Positions 43,033-52,055 of a stretch of 64,000 nt of DNA are shown piece after piece. Below the pieces are notes generated by a model that was given only the letters and a program-made list of their open reading frames with translations, made no database searches and had not been told where the DNA came from. Origin of the DNA: an uncultured delta proteobacterium (GTDB lineage: Bacteria; Desulfobacterota; Binatia; UBA9968); assembly GCA_963728565.1 (NCBI GenBank), contig CAVSLC010000014.1, positions 1-64,000 on the forward strand, in the 5' to 3' direction. The stretch's first letter is position 1; each line of letters begins with the position of its first letter. Position numbers and translations under genes: made by a program.

Positions 43033-43818
43033 ATGACCCGGATCGTCATTCGAAATCTCACCAAGACTTACAGCGGTGGCAATGTCATCGCCCTGCAGGA
43101 TATCAATATCGACATTGAGCCCTACGAAAGCATTTGCATTTTGGGGCCGAGCGGTTGCGGTAAGACGACGTTGCTGCGAATCATCGACTGCCTGATACCG
43201 CGCGACTGCGGCGAAGTTATCATGAACGGCGCTCCGGTCACACAGCCGCGCCCTGATATCGCAATGGTCTTTCAACATTTCGGTCTCTTTCCGTGGAAGC
43301 GGCTCGAGCAAAACATTGCCTATGGCCTGGAGCTCAGAGGTCGTTCGAGAGATGAAACGTCTGCAACCATCGCGCGCTATCTCGAGCTCATGGGGCTCAA
43401 GGGTTTTGAGAAATCTTATCCGCATCAACTCTCCGGCGGCATGCAGCAGCGCGCTGGATTGGCGCGCGCTCTGGCTGTAAACCCGTCGCTTTTACTGATG
43501 GACGAGCCCTTCGGTTCCCTCGACGCGCAGACCCGTGAAATGATGCAGGAGGAGCTGCTGCGGATTCTGGAAACCGAAAAGAAGACGATGATTTTTGTCA
43601 CCCACAGTATCGACGAAGCGATCCTTCTCGGCGATCGCATCGTCATGATGTCGCGTCGTCCCGGGCGCATCCAGGGAGTCATTCCGGTCGATATCCCGCG
43701 CCCGCGAAAGATCATGTCAGTGCGAGCTCATCCTCGCTATATCGCGCTCCGCAATATGCTGTGGGAAATGCTCACGCAGAACCTCGATAGCGCCGCCACA
43801 TCCAAGAATGCCCAATGA
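43033..43818 (+). CDS. NitT/TauT ABC transporter ATP-binding protein
   Basis: GPSGCGKT, LSGGMQQR, LMDEPF. Confidence 0.95.
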   Translation: MTRIVIRNLTKTYSGGNVIALQDINIDIEPYESICILGPSGCGKTTLLRIIDCLIPRDCGEVIMNGAPVTQPRPDIAMVFQHFGLFPWKRLEQNIAYGLELRGRSRDETSATIARYLELMGLKGFEKSYPHQLSGGMQQRAGLARALAVNPSLLLMDEPFGSLDAQTREMMQEELLRILETEKKTMIFVTHSIDEAILLGDRIVMMSRRPGRIQGVIPVDIPRPRKIMSVRAHPRYIALRNMLWEMLTQNLDSAATSKNAQ

Positions 43819-44570
43819 ATCGAAAGATCATAGTTCGTTTGATTTCCCTGATATTCGTTCTTCTCATCTGGGAATATTACGGCCGGCGAGTAAATCCGAT
43901 TCTGTTCACCTATCCTTCGGCGATCGCCCGTGCGTTCCTCACCCTGGTCGCCAATGGCGAGCTGCAAAGCTACATGAAAGAAAGCCTGTTGGTGCTGGCT
44001 TATGCGTCGGTTCTTTCGGTATCGGCCGGTGTTCTACTCGGCGTGGTCATGGGACGTTTCTCGATAATCGAGTGGGCCGCCGATATCTATGTCAATGCGC
44101 TGTACTCCACACCCATGGTCGCGGTGGTTCCGTTGATTGTTCTCTGGTTCGGTTTCAAGGTTCCCGCCAAGGTCATCATCGTGTTTCTATTCATGGTTTT
44201 CCCGGTGCTTCTCAACACCTATGAGGGAGTGAAAAACGTCGATCGCAATCTCCAAGAGGTCGCTCGCTCTTTTTGCTCGAGCGAGAGCCAGCTCTGGCGC
44301 CATCTGATCATTCCATCGGCCGTTCCCTTCATCGTGGCCGGCGTTCGCCTGGCCATCGGCCGCGGTCTGGTCGGGATGATCGTCGCCGAGTTCTATACAT
44401 CCGTCACCGGACTGGGCTATATGATCGTCCGCTACGCCAATGCCCTGGAAACCGACAAACTCTTTGTTCCCATCGTCGTGGTTATGATACTAGGAGTTGG
44501 CTTACTATCATTGGCAAAATGGGTCGAAGGTCGCATCGCTCCCTGGAGAAACTCTGAAAATCGAGAATGA
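43815..44570 (+). CDS. NitT/TauT ABC transporter permease
   Basis: TM segments, EVARSF, VAEF...GLGY. Confidence 0.92.
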   Translation: MNRKIIVRLISLIFVLLIWEYYGRRVNPILFTYPSAIARAFLTLVANGELQSYMKESLLVLAYASVLSVSAGVLLGVVMGRFSIIEWAADIYVNALYSTPMVAVVPLIVLWFGFKVPAKVIIVFLFMVFPVLLNTYEGVKNVDRNLQEVARSFCSSESQLWRHLIIPSAVPFIVAGVRLAIGRGLVGMIVAEFYTSVTGLGYMIVRYANALETDKLFVPIVVVMILGVGLLSLAKWVEGRIAPWRNSENRE

Positions 44571-44610
44571 TATTCATGAAAATCTGTTTGATTCTTGGGG
44601 GATGAAAGCT

Positions 44611-44765
44611 CGAAGCGAAGGGGCAAGCCTGGAGATTGCAGACGTAGAACCGTGCAGGTGCTGCCAGGCCCGAACTGCTGGAATCAGCACCCCTTTGGGG
44701 TGGGGGGCCTTGGAGCCGGAGACCCATCGGCTGTGGCCGGCGGCTTGTCCCTTTGCATCACTTCG
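44611..44765 (+). ncRNA. Structured RNA-like element, candidate IS110 left-end/bridge-RNA derivative
   Basis: 15-bp closing stem 44615-44629/44742-44756 with two G-U pairs, plus internal hairpins; the IS110 link is recalled resemblance only. Confidence 0.5.
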
Positions 44766-44788
44766 GATGAATCCAAAAAGGAGGCTTT

Positions 44789-45805
44789 ATGAGAAAAGCT
44801 GCTATTCTGATACTTGCGTCGGTCGGCTTGGTACTAGGACTTCATTCCGCCGAAGCTCAGAGCAAACGCAAGGTTGTGTTCGGCGTGCCGGTTACCCCGC
44901 CCAATGTGGTGCACATTCCACCGTATATCGCCAAGGAAATGAATTTCTTCGGCGAGCAAAACATCGATGTCGAATTGGTGACGTTTGAAGGAGGCACACA
45001 AACTTTGAGAGGAAGCGTGGCCGGCGGCCTCGATATTACCGGTACCAGTTCCGATCCGGCGATTATCGCCGCCGCCAGAGGCGCCGGAACAAAAGTCCTG
45101 GGCACATACTCACATAAGCTTTCGCAATCGATGCTGGTTCAGGGTGACATCAAAAGCTGCAAAGACCTAAAAGGACGAAAGATCGGTATCCAGGAAGTCG
45201 GCGCGTTCAACGAGGTGATGAGCCGGGCCGTTCTGGCAAGCTGCGGTCTCACACCCAAGGACGTCGACTATGTGCCCGTGAGCACCAAAGGACGCGTGGC
45301 TGGACTGCTGAGCAACCAAATCGACACGGCAATCCTTCATGTCGATCAGGCGATTGTCGCCAAAAAGAAAAAACCGGAGCTCAACATTCTCGTGAATCTT
45401 TGGGAACCGCTGCCTAAATGGCTTTACGCCGCTTACATCGCGCCGGAGAAAGAGATCGCCGGCAACCGCCAGCTTTACATCGACATCATGACCGCATTGG
45501 TCAAGGCGAATCGGTTTATCTACAGCAACAAAGCCAAAACCGTGGAGATCGCGGTGAAATATACGCAGCAGGATGCCGATGCCATCGGTCAGACCTACGA
45601 TATTTTGGCCAATGCGGGAGCCTGGCCTGTCAACGAGGGCCTGCCCAAGGACATGGTCGCGTGGACCGTCGACAAACAGGTGGAATTAGGCAGCATCAAA
45701 GCCGCGGAGAAACCGACTTATGAAAAGCTCATCGATATTTCCATCATCGAAGCGGCTATCGCCAAGGCCGGCGGACGTTTGAAGGGCGATAAGCGCTGGG
45801 ATTGA
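44789..45805 (+). CDS. NitT/TauT ABC transporter substrate-binding protein
   Basis: Signal peptide, DLKGRKIGI; AAGGAGG RBS. Confidence 0.9.
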   Translation: MRKAAILILASVGLVLGLHSAEAQSKRKVVFGVPVTPPNVVHIPPYIAKEMNFFGEQNIDVELVTFEGGTQTLRGSVAGGLDITGTSSDPAIIAAARGAGTKVLGTYSHKLSQSMLVQGDIKSCKDLKGRKIGIQEVGAFNEVMSRAVLASCGLTPKDVDYVPVSTKGRVAGLLSNQIDTAILHVDQAIVAKKKKPELNILVNLWEPLPKWLYAAYIAPEKEIAGNRQLYIDIMTALVKANRFIYSNKAKTVEIAVKYTQQDADAIGQTYDILANAGAWPVNEGLPKDMVAWTVDKQVELGSIKAAEKPTYEKLIDISIIEAAIAKAGGRLKGDKRWD

Positions 45806-45806
45806 G

Positions 45807-46031
45807 CCCGGATTCCGCAGTTAAAGGGAAGTGATGAGCGAAGAGTAAACTTGCGCAGCGAAGACCATGCGTTTCTACCTCTGAGAAACCGACAGTTGTC
45901 AGTGCGGCGCGTAACGGCGTTAAGCAAATAGAGGCGGCGAGCCAGCATCAAAAAGACTTTGAAATTGAAGGCTCCGGTGCCTTCGCTCCGCCAGTTTTGC
46001 CCTTCGCTAAGTTTTAACCGCAGAATCCGGG
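45807..46031. mobile_element. 225-bp MITE with 19-bp terminal inverted repeats (IS1380-like ends)
   Basis: CCCGGATTCCGCAGTTAAA vs reverse complement CCCGGATTCTGCGGTTAAA (17/19); flanks TTGAG/ATGAG. Confidence 0.7.
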
Positions 46032-46055
46032 ATGAGGAGCGAAGCCATAGCCTGA

Positions 46056-46991
46056 TCACGGTTCGATGGAAATGTGCGACTGATGATTTTCTAAATACCA
46101 CGACGCAATCGCCTCCCGGCTGGCAAACCAAACGTTTTTGTGCGAAGCCGCATACTCGATGAAGTCCCGTAGCGCACGAACGCGAAACGGTTGCCCCATG
46201 ACATGAGGATGTAAGCCGAAGTTCATGATCCGGCCGGTCTTGTGGCTTTCTTCATAGAGCTGGTCGAAGCACATTTTCAGTGTCTCGAGGCCGGCTGAAG
46301 TCGACATCCCGCCACGCGCGAACAGATTGAAGTCGTTGACATCGTTGGAATAGGGCACGCAAACAATTTGTCCGTGCAATGTCTGAATCAAGTAGGGCTG
46401 GTCGTCGTTTAAGTAATCGCAATAAGCGATCACGCCAAATTCTCTGAGAAACGCCGGTGTGTGCAAAGTGCCCCGGATCGCTGAAGAGAGCCATGCCTTG
46501 GCCGGCCGGCCGACCACTTCCTGGTATTTATCGAGCGTGCGTCTAATGACGGCGCGCTCTTCATCAGGCTGATTTGCGTAAAAGGTAAGCAGATCGTTTT
46601 GCGCCCAATTGTGCGGCACCAGCTCCCAGCCGCGCTCGTTTACCGCATCGACGATGCGCCGCCGCTCTACCATGGTCAAGCCGTTGATCGTGCACGATGG
46701 TTTGACTCCGCTCTTGTCAAATAAATCGATTAGCCGCCAGATGCCGATGCGCTGGCCGTATTCGCGCCATGTCCAATTTGCCGTATCGAGAACATCGCCG
46801 GGCAGCGCGTGCGGTATCGTCATCGGTCCGCCGGTAAACAGCGGTTCCTTCTGACCCGGACGGGATTTCTCCCAGTATTCGATATTGATGGTCAGGATGA
46901 TCGCGAGTCTCGCGCCATTAGGGAAGCGCAAGGGCCCGCGGTCGGGCAGCGCCACATATTTATAAGAAGACGGTGATTCTTCGTTGCTCAT
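46056..46991 (-). CDS. Polysaccharide deacetylase family protein (PuuE/allantoinase-like)
   Basis: EYGQRIGIWRL, DDQPY, VPYS..ND, LHPHVMGQPFR. Confidence 0.88.
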   Translation of the reverse strand: MSNEESPSSYKYVALPDRGPLRFPNGARLAIILTINIEYWEKSRPGQKEPLFTGGPMTIPHALPGDVLDTANWTWREYGQRIGIWRLIDLFDKSGVKPSCTINGLTMVERRRIVDAVNERGWELVPHNWAQNDLLTFYANQPDEERAVIRRTLDKYQEVVGRPAKAWLSSAIRGTLHTPAFLREFGVIAYCDYLNDDQPYLIQTLHGQIVCVPYSNDVNDFNLFARGGMSTSAGLETLKMCFDQLYEESHKTGRIMNFGLHPHVMGQPFRVRALRDFIEYAASHKNVWFASREAIASWYLENHQSHISIEP

Positions 46992-47201
46992 GTGCGCATC
47001 CAGTTATAATAGAGGCCAGACATGAAAATGAACTTGGACTGACCAGTAAAAGATTCTAATTGAGATTTTAATCGCGTGGCACGAACTATAGTCGGCAACC
47101 ATGGCAGTGGAGCAATACAGGGAAGGAAGTCATTGTATTCGGGTAATCCGCCGTGCGATATTTCGCAGCAACTGGACTACGAGCGCAAATGGAGGTGCGA
47201 T

Positions 47202-48218
47202 ATGACAAGGCATCATCTCTATCGTTGGTTGAATGCCATCGTGCTTTTCCTGCTGCTGTTGGACTCGCCAGTGGTTCTCGCGCAGCCGATCAACATTGAG
47301 GCGGCCAGGAAAGAAGGCAAGGTGATCGCCTACGGTACGATTATCCCCCAGGTGATGGAGCCGCTGCACCGTAATCTGGAGAAAAAATATGGCGTCAAGG
47401 TAGAATACTGGCGCGCGTCGGCGACTCAAGTGATGGAGCGCGCGCTCTCGGAATGGCAGGCGGGCCGGCCGGGCTTCGATGTTACTTTTGCCATCAACGG
47501 TGCTCAGGCTATTCTCAAGCAGGCAGGCGTCTTCGCGAAGTACACGCCGGCGTCGGCTGAAAAGTTTCCCGCCGCCTTCAAGGACAAAGACGGCTTGGTC
47601 ACCGCGTGGCGCCATACGCCGATCGGTGTGCTTTACAACACCGATCTGGTTCCGGCGGCGGACGCGCCGAAAAGCCTGGATGATCTTTTGCACCCAAAGT
47701 GGAAGGGAAAGATCGCTCTTCCCGATGCATCGCGCCATACCAGCACGGCGCAATTTCTCGTGAGCCTGAGGAAGATCAAAGGTGAAGGCTGGATCGATTA
47801 TGTCAAAGCGTTGGCCAAACAGGCGCCGCTGCTCAAAGAATCATTTGCCCCGGTGCCCAACGATATCCTGCGCGGCGAAGTGACCCTCGGATTTACCTAT
47901 CTCCAGTACGTCTATCAGAACAAAGGGCCTTTGGGCTACGTGTTGATGGACAAGATCCTCACCGATACCAACGATCTCGGTTTGAGCGCCAAGGCGACGA
48001 ATTCCAACGCCGCCAAACTCTACATGGAATATCTCTGCTCTCCAGAGGGACAGAAGCTGGTGGCGGACCTCGGCGAGTTCGTGTTGTCGCCCGGTATCTA
48101 TCCCCCGGTCAAGGATGCCGATAAAATCACGGCCAACAGCATCTTCATGGATAATCCTTCAGCGGAGGAATACAAAAAGCTCAGCGCCGAGTTCCGCCAG
48201 ATTTTTTTCGGGAAGTAG
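47202..48218 (+). CDS. Extracellular solute-binding protein (AfuA-like), paralog of 13111-14118
   Basis: AARKEGKVIAY, EYWRAS, YNTDLV, PDASRHT; GGAGG RBS. Confidence 0.9.
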   Translation: MTRHHLYRWLNAIVLFLLLLDSPVVLAQPINIEAARKEGKVIAYGTIIPQVMEPLHRNLEKKYGVKVEYWRASATQVMERALSEWQAGRPGFDVTFAINGAQAILKQAGVFAKYTPASAEKFPAAFKDKDGLVTAWRHTPIGVLYNTDLVPAADAPKSLDDLLHPKWKGKIALPDASRHTSTAQFLVSLRKIKGEGWIDYVKALAKQAPLLKESFAPVPNDILRGEVTLGFTYLQYVYQNKGPLGYVLMDKILTDTNDLGLSAKATNSNAAKLYMEYLCSPEGQKLVADLGEFVLSPGIYPPVKDADKITANSIFMDNPSAEEYKKLSAEFRQIFFGK

Positions 48219-48374
48219 AAAAATGAGAACTACACGTCCCGCTAAGACGTCCGATCACCCGATCACGCGGTTAACAAGCCTCCTCCTTGCCGAGGCGCGC
48301 GATTCAATTATGTTTGGTTGTCTCATTTTACCTATTACCGATTGTCAGACGGTTTACGTTGAGAGGAGCACAAG

Positions 48375-48807
48375 ATGGTCAGACACGAAGTTCGCGCGCA
48401 ACAGCTTGAGCAAGTCCGGGGATAATCTCAAAGGAGAGTTCGAGAGCAAAGATGTCGAAAAAACCCTTGCGACCATGGTTGAAGATGCTCGGTCAACCAC
48501 ATGCCTGTGAACACGGGCGGAACTTAAAGATGCCTTGCGGCGACGATTTTATTCCCTCGTGGCCCGACGATTTTAAAATCTTCCCCATCAACCGGGTCAT
48601 CGGAGAGGGGCAAATCGTCGATGAGCTGCGCCTTAGTTTACGCATTCGAGCCGATGCCGTGGCTCTTGCCAGACATAACCCCGACCTCGAGAAAAATCGT
48701 CCTCGACGTCGTGGTCGTCGCCCAGTTGCGGCGACAAACTCGCTTCTGAGCGCATCTATTGGGACCACGCTAACGTCTTGCGTCAAGTGGGCCTCCTAAA
48801 CGCATAA
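48375..48807 (+). pseudogene. Degraded SnoaL/ester-cyclase (NTF2-like) gene
   Basis: EF..KDVEKTLATMVED, VNHMP, GQIVDE, ERIYWD.A.VLRQVGLL split over frames with deletions. Confidence 0.7.
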
Positions 48808-48873
48808 GAGTTGTGCCGAACAAATGTCATGAGCGGCGGCGGCTCGAATCCGAATCGCTAACAGCCGGTTTGT

Positions 48874-49920
48874 TTATTTTTGGGCCGCAGTCACCTCCGT
48901 GATCTCCCGAAATTTAGAGAGAAGCCCAGCCTCGACCGTATAAAGATCAGCGACAATCTTTGCTATGCTCGGTCCATCTATGGGACTGACAACCAAACTG
49001 GCCTTTTTGGTCTCTGCCAAGAATCCGGGATCCTTCATGGTTTCCATAAACGCCTTCTGAAGGATGAGCAAGCGATCATTCGGCAACCCGGGGGGCACCG
49101 AGAATGCGATGGCAGAGGGTCCGTAAGCCTGATATCCAAAGCGGAGCAGATCCTGTCCTTCTTTTGTTTTGGCCTGCTTGATCGCAACCGGAACGTTTGT
49201 CAGATCGGGATGAGGCTCGAGCGTCGTCTGGATTACGGGGCGCACGAAGCCGGATTCAACTGCCTTCGCCCATGTCACCTTGATGGAATCCCATCCCCAA
49301 CAGGCGCCGTCGATTTCGCCGGACTCGGCGGCAAGCCGGATGTCGGAGGTTCCCTTGAAACCCTCGATGACACTGATGGGAAGACCGAGAAATGCTTTGA
49401 GCAGTTGGGGTAAGGCCGAGGTGGCATTGCCCGGACCGAGACTCCCGAGTTTGATGGGTTTTTTAGACGCGGACCACTCCTCCAAAGTTTTCACTCCGCT
49501 GTTCTCGGTTACAACGCAAGCATGCCGCTCGGGAGCCGGCGTCCCAAGCCAGCCGAACTTGCGCCCATCGAACATCGGCCCTTGATCCCCCAACACATGC
49601 TTGAAAATCATCGAACCCGAGAAAAGCCCGATTGTCAGGCCGTCGCGCGAGGCGTTGTTATAAATGTGATTGGCGGCGATGAGATTTCCGGCACCGGGCA
49701 TGTTCTGAACCACGCTGCCAGGATTTCCGGGAATGTGTTTTCCCATGTGACGCGCGGTTATCCGGGCATAGGTGTCGAAGCCTCCGCCGGGCGCGGTGCC
49801 GACAATAAAGAGGAGACTTTTCCCGCTATAGAAATCTTGCCCAAAAGCCGAATGCGCGATAGCAAAAGCAAGGACCCATGCGCCTGCAAACGTCAACAGT
49901 CGCAAAAAATCGAGAGACAT
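48874..49920 (-). CDS. Tripartite tricarboxylate transporter (TctC/Bug) substrate-binding protein
   Basis: PGGGFDTYAR, QNMPGAG, DGLTIG, GEIDG. Confidence 0.9.
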   Translation of the reverse strand: MSLDFLRLLTFAGAWVLAFAIAHSAFGQDFYSGKSLLFIVGTAPGGGFDTYARITARHMGKHIPGNPGSVVQNMPGAGNLIAANHIYNNASRDGLTIGLFSGSMIFKHVLGDQGPMFDGRKFGWLGTPAPERHACVVTENSGVKTLEEWSASKKPIKLGSLGPGNATSALPQLLKAFLGLPISVIEGFKGTSDIRLAAESGEIDGACWGWDSIKVTWAKAVESGFVRPVIQTTLEPHPDLTNVPVAIKQAKTKEGQDLLRFGYQAYGPSAIAFSVPPGLPNDRLLILQKAFMETMKDPGFLAETKKASLVVSPIDGPSIAKIVADLYTVEAGLLSKFREITEVTAAQK

Positions 49921-49959
49921 AGGAACCTCCTTAACTGTTTTTTTGCATTCGGGATGCTT

Positions 49960-50229
49960 TTAGCCGGTTGAGCGAGCGTTGGGCACTTCCAGCAAGTCGG
50001 AATCGAGTAACACGCCGCATGATGGGCAGTAAAGTTTCTCAAGCAAATAGTAACCTTCAAGGTCAGTCATAAGAGCTCCGGCATGAACCGGCGGAAAAAT
50101 TCTTCTAGTGCACGTCTTTTTCCAGTCTTCTCCTAATCGGCAGAGGATTCGGGAGCATCTGCTGCATCGGATCGTCTTATCCGAGGAATCACCAAGCACC
50201 TCTAAGTTTTCACGATACGGATAACTCAT
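49960..50229 (-). CDS. Acetone carboxylase gamma subunit-like protein
   Basis: CSRC and YCPSCG pairs; coupled to hydantoinase B. Confidence 0.78.
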   Translation of the reverse strand: MSYPYRENLEVLGDSSDKTIRCSRCSRILCRLGEDWKKTCTRRIFPPVHAGALMTDLEGYYLLEKLYCPSCGVLLDSDLLEVPNARSTG

Positions 50230-52052
50230 TTCAATTCCTTGATTTCACTCTCCCTGAGCGCTTTTCTAAAGTCTTTCGTTGCCGCAAGGTCCACGTTGCG
50301 CGTAGCTTCGTCAAGCACGACGCCGTAGATGCGGCGCGCCGCCTCCACTGACACCAAGCCGTTATTGATGTCCTCTTGAATCAGCTGAGGGTCGCGTTCC
50401 AACGGATCGCCGTAGCCTCCGCCGCTGGCTACTCTCATATAGAGCACGTCTTGCTGGCCGAGTTCAAAATTACAATAGGGAAGTAACCTAGAGCTACCAC
50501 CGAGCTGCGAAACATCGATCGGAGAGCGATTCGTTTCCATGATTTTCTGGACGTTGGTGTTTTCCAACAACATCATCAGACTCGGCGCACCCGGATAGCC
50601 GCCGAATATTCCATGTCCCGAATTTCTCAGCCCGGCCACTCCATACGCCACACCCCGTAGCTTTCCCTCCGGGGCATCATGCAACGTGTGCGCGGATTCA
50701 ACTCCTACCCCGCCGCGAAACGCGCCGGCTCCGGCGCTGTCTTTGGCGTGGCGGCGAAACAGGTAGAGCAACGGGTAGTGAAGCTCCATCCACTCGACGT
50801 TGGGACAGCTCATGTAGCTTCCGCCGGAATTGACTCCATCCTTGCTGATGCCGGCGCCATTGCCATCAAGCGCGCCGTGCGCCATGTTGATGAAAGGACT
50901 GTAGCGGCCATACTGGTTTACGCCCGAATGCCGGCAGTTTCTGTGGCTCGCGTTGGGGGCCACGATCTCTTTGCGCCACTTCTCGCTAGTTGCCAGCATT
51001 TGCATCAGGACCGAACTAGCCAGGAACCCGACGCCAAAACCCGAGGACGTTGTGCTCATCGACATAGGAGCGGGATACTTGGCATTGACCAAAGTGCCTT
51101 CCGGAGCGATCACGGTCATCGGTCTCAAGACGCCGTCATTCTTGGGAAGATCGTACGCCAGGCAGCAGAGAATCGCTCCGAAACAAAAACCGAACGTGCC
51201 GTGATAAGGGAGATTAATTCCTTTTCTCACCTGCTTGTCGGTCCCAGTAAAGTCGAAGGTAAGCTGGTCGCCATTTTTTCGCAGGATCAGATTGAGTCGG
51301 CAAGGACCATCGGCTTCGATGGTTAACGTTTCGCTCCAGCTGCCATCGGGAATTTCCTTGATCCGGTTGTGCAGAACCGTCTCGGTATAATGTATCATTT
51401 CGGCCGAGACGGCATTCATCATTTCCGGCCCGTACTGCTCATACATCGCCTGCACTCGGGCCTTCGCCACGTTGTTCGCGGCGATCTCGCATTTGAGGTC
51501 GAGACCGACGGCCTCGGGCTGGCGAGTCATGTTGGTGATGGTGTCGAAAACGTCGCGTTTAAGACGGCCGCGCTCGACCAGCTTGACTCCGGGAATGCGA
51601 ATCCCTTCCTGAAAGACTTCGGTGGCATCGGGCGAGTCGCCGCCGGGAGTCATCGCGCCGACGTCACTCACATGAACGAATGTCGCGCTCCATCCAACCA
51701 GCTCATTTTGGAAATGAATCGGTGAGATTGCGTAAACGTCGGAGTTGTGGATGGCAGCGAGATACGGGTCGTTGAGCAAAAACATATCGTCCGGGCAAAT
51801 TTCATCCTTGGCGAAACGCTCGAGAATTCGCTTGACAGCAAATCCTGCGCAAACGACATGCTGGCCATAGGTCTCCCCGGCGGCCATGATCTCTCCTCCG
51901 GGCCGGTAAAGCGATGCGTTATAATCATGCTGCTGGGTGGTTGTTACGGTGCCTCCTGTGCGCTCCAGAGTGATGCCCATTTCCCGCGTGATCTGGTGCA
52001 ATCTGTGCGACAAAACCTCGAAAGTTATCGGATCGACATTTCTGATCAGCAT
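50226..52052 (-). CDS. Hydantoinase B/oxoprolinase family protein
   Basis: DPITFEV, NDPY..H.SD, HVSDVG, DSAGAG.FRGG, GGGYGDPLER. Confidence 0.93.
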   Translation of the reverse strand: MLIRNVDPITFEVLSHRLHQITREMGITLERTGGTVTTTQQHDYNASLYRPGGEIMAAGETYGQHVVCAGFAVKRILERFAKDEICPDDMFLLNDPYLAAIHNSDVYAISPIHFQNELVGWSATFVHVSDVGAMTPGGDSPDATEVFQEGIRIPGVKLVERGRLKRDVFDTITNMTRQPEAVGLDLKCEIAANNVAKARVQAMYEQYGPEMMNAVSAEMIHYTETVLHNRIKEIPDGSWSETLTIEADGPCRLNLILRKNGDQLTFDFTGTDKQVRKGINLPYHGTFGFCFGAILCCLAYDLPKNDGVLRPMTVIAPEGTLVNAKYPAPMSMSTTSSGFGVGFLASSVLMQMLATSEKWRKEIVAPNASHRNCRHSGVNQYGRYSPFINMAHGALDGNGAGISKDGVNSGGSYMSCPNVEWMELHYPLLYLFRRHAKDSAGAGAFRGGVGVESAHTLHDAPEGKLRGVAYGVAGLRNSGHGIFGGYPGAPSLMMLLENTNVQKIMETNRSPIDVSQLGGSSRLLPYCNFELGQQDVLYMRVASGGGYGDPLERDPQLIQEDINNGLVSVEAARRIYGVVLDEATRNVDLAATKDFRKALRESEIKELK

Positions 52053-52055
52053 GGT

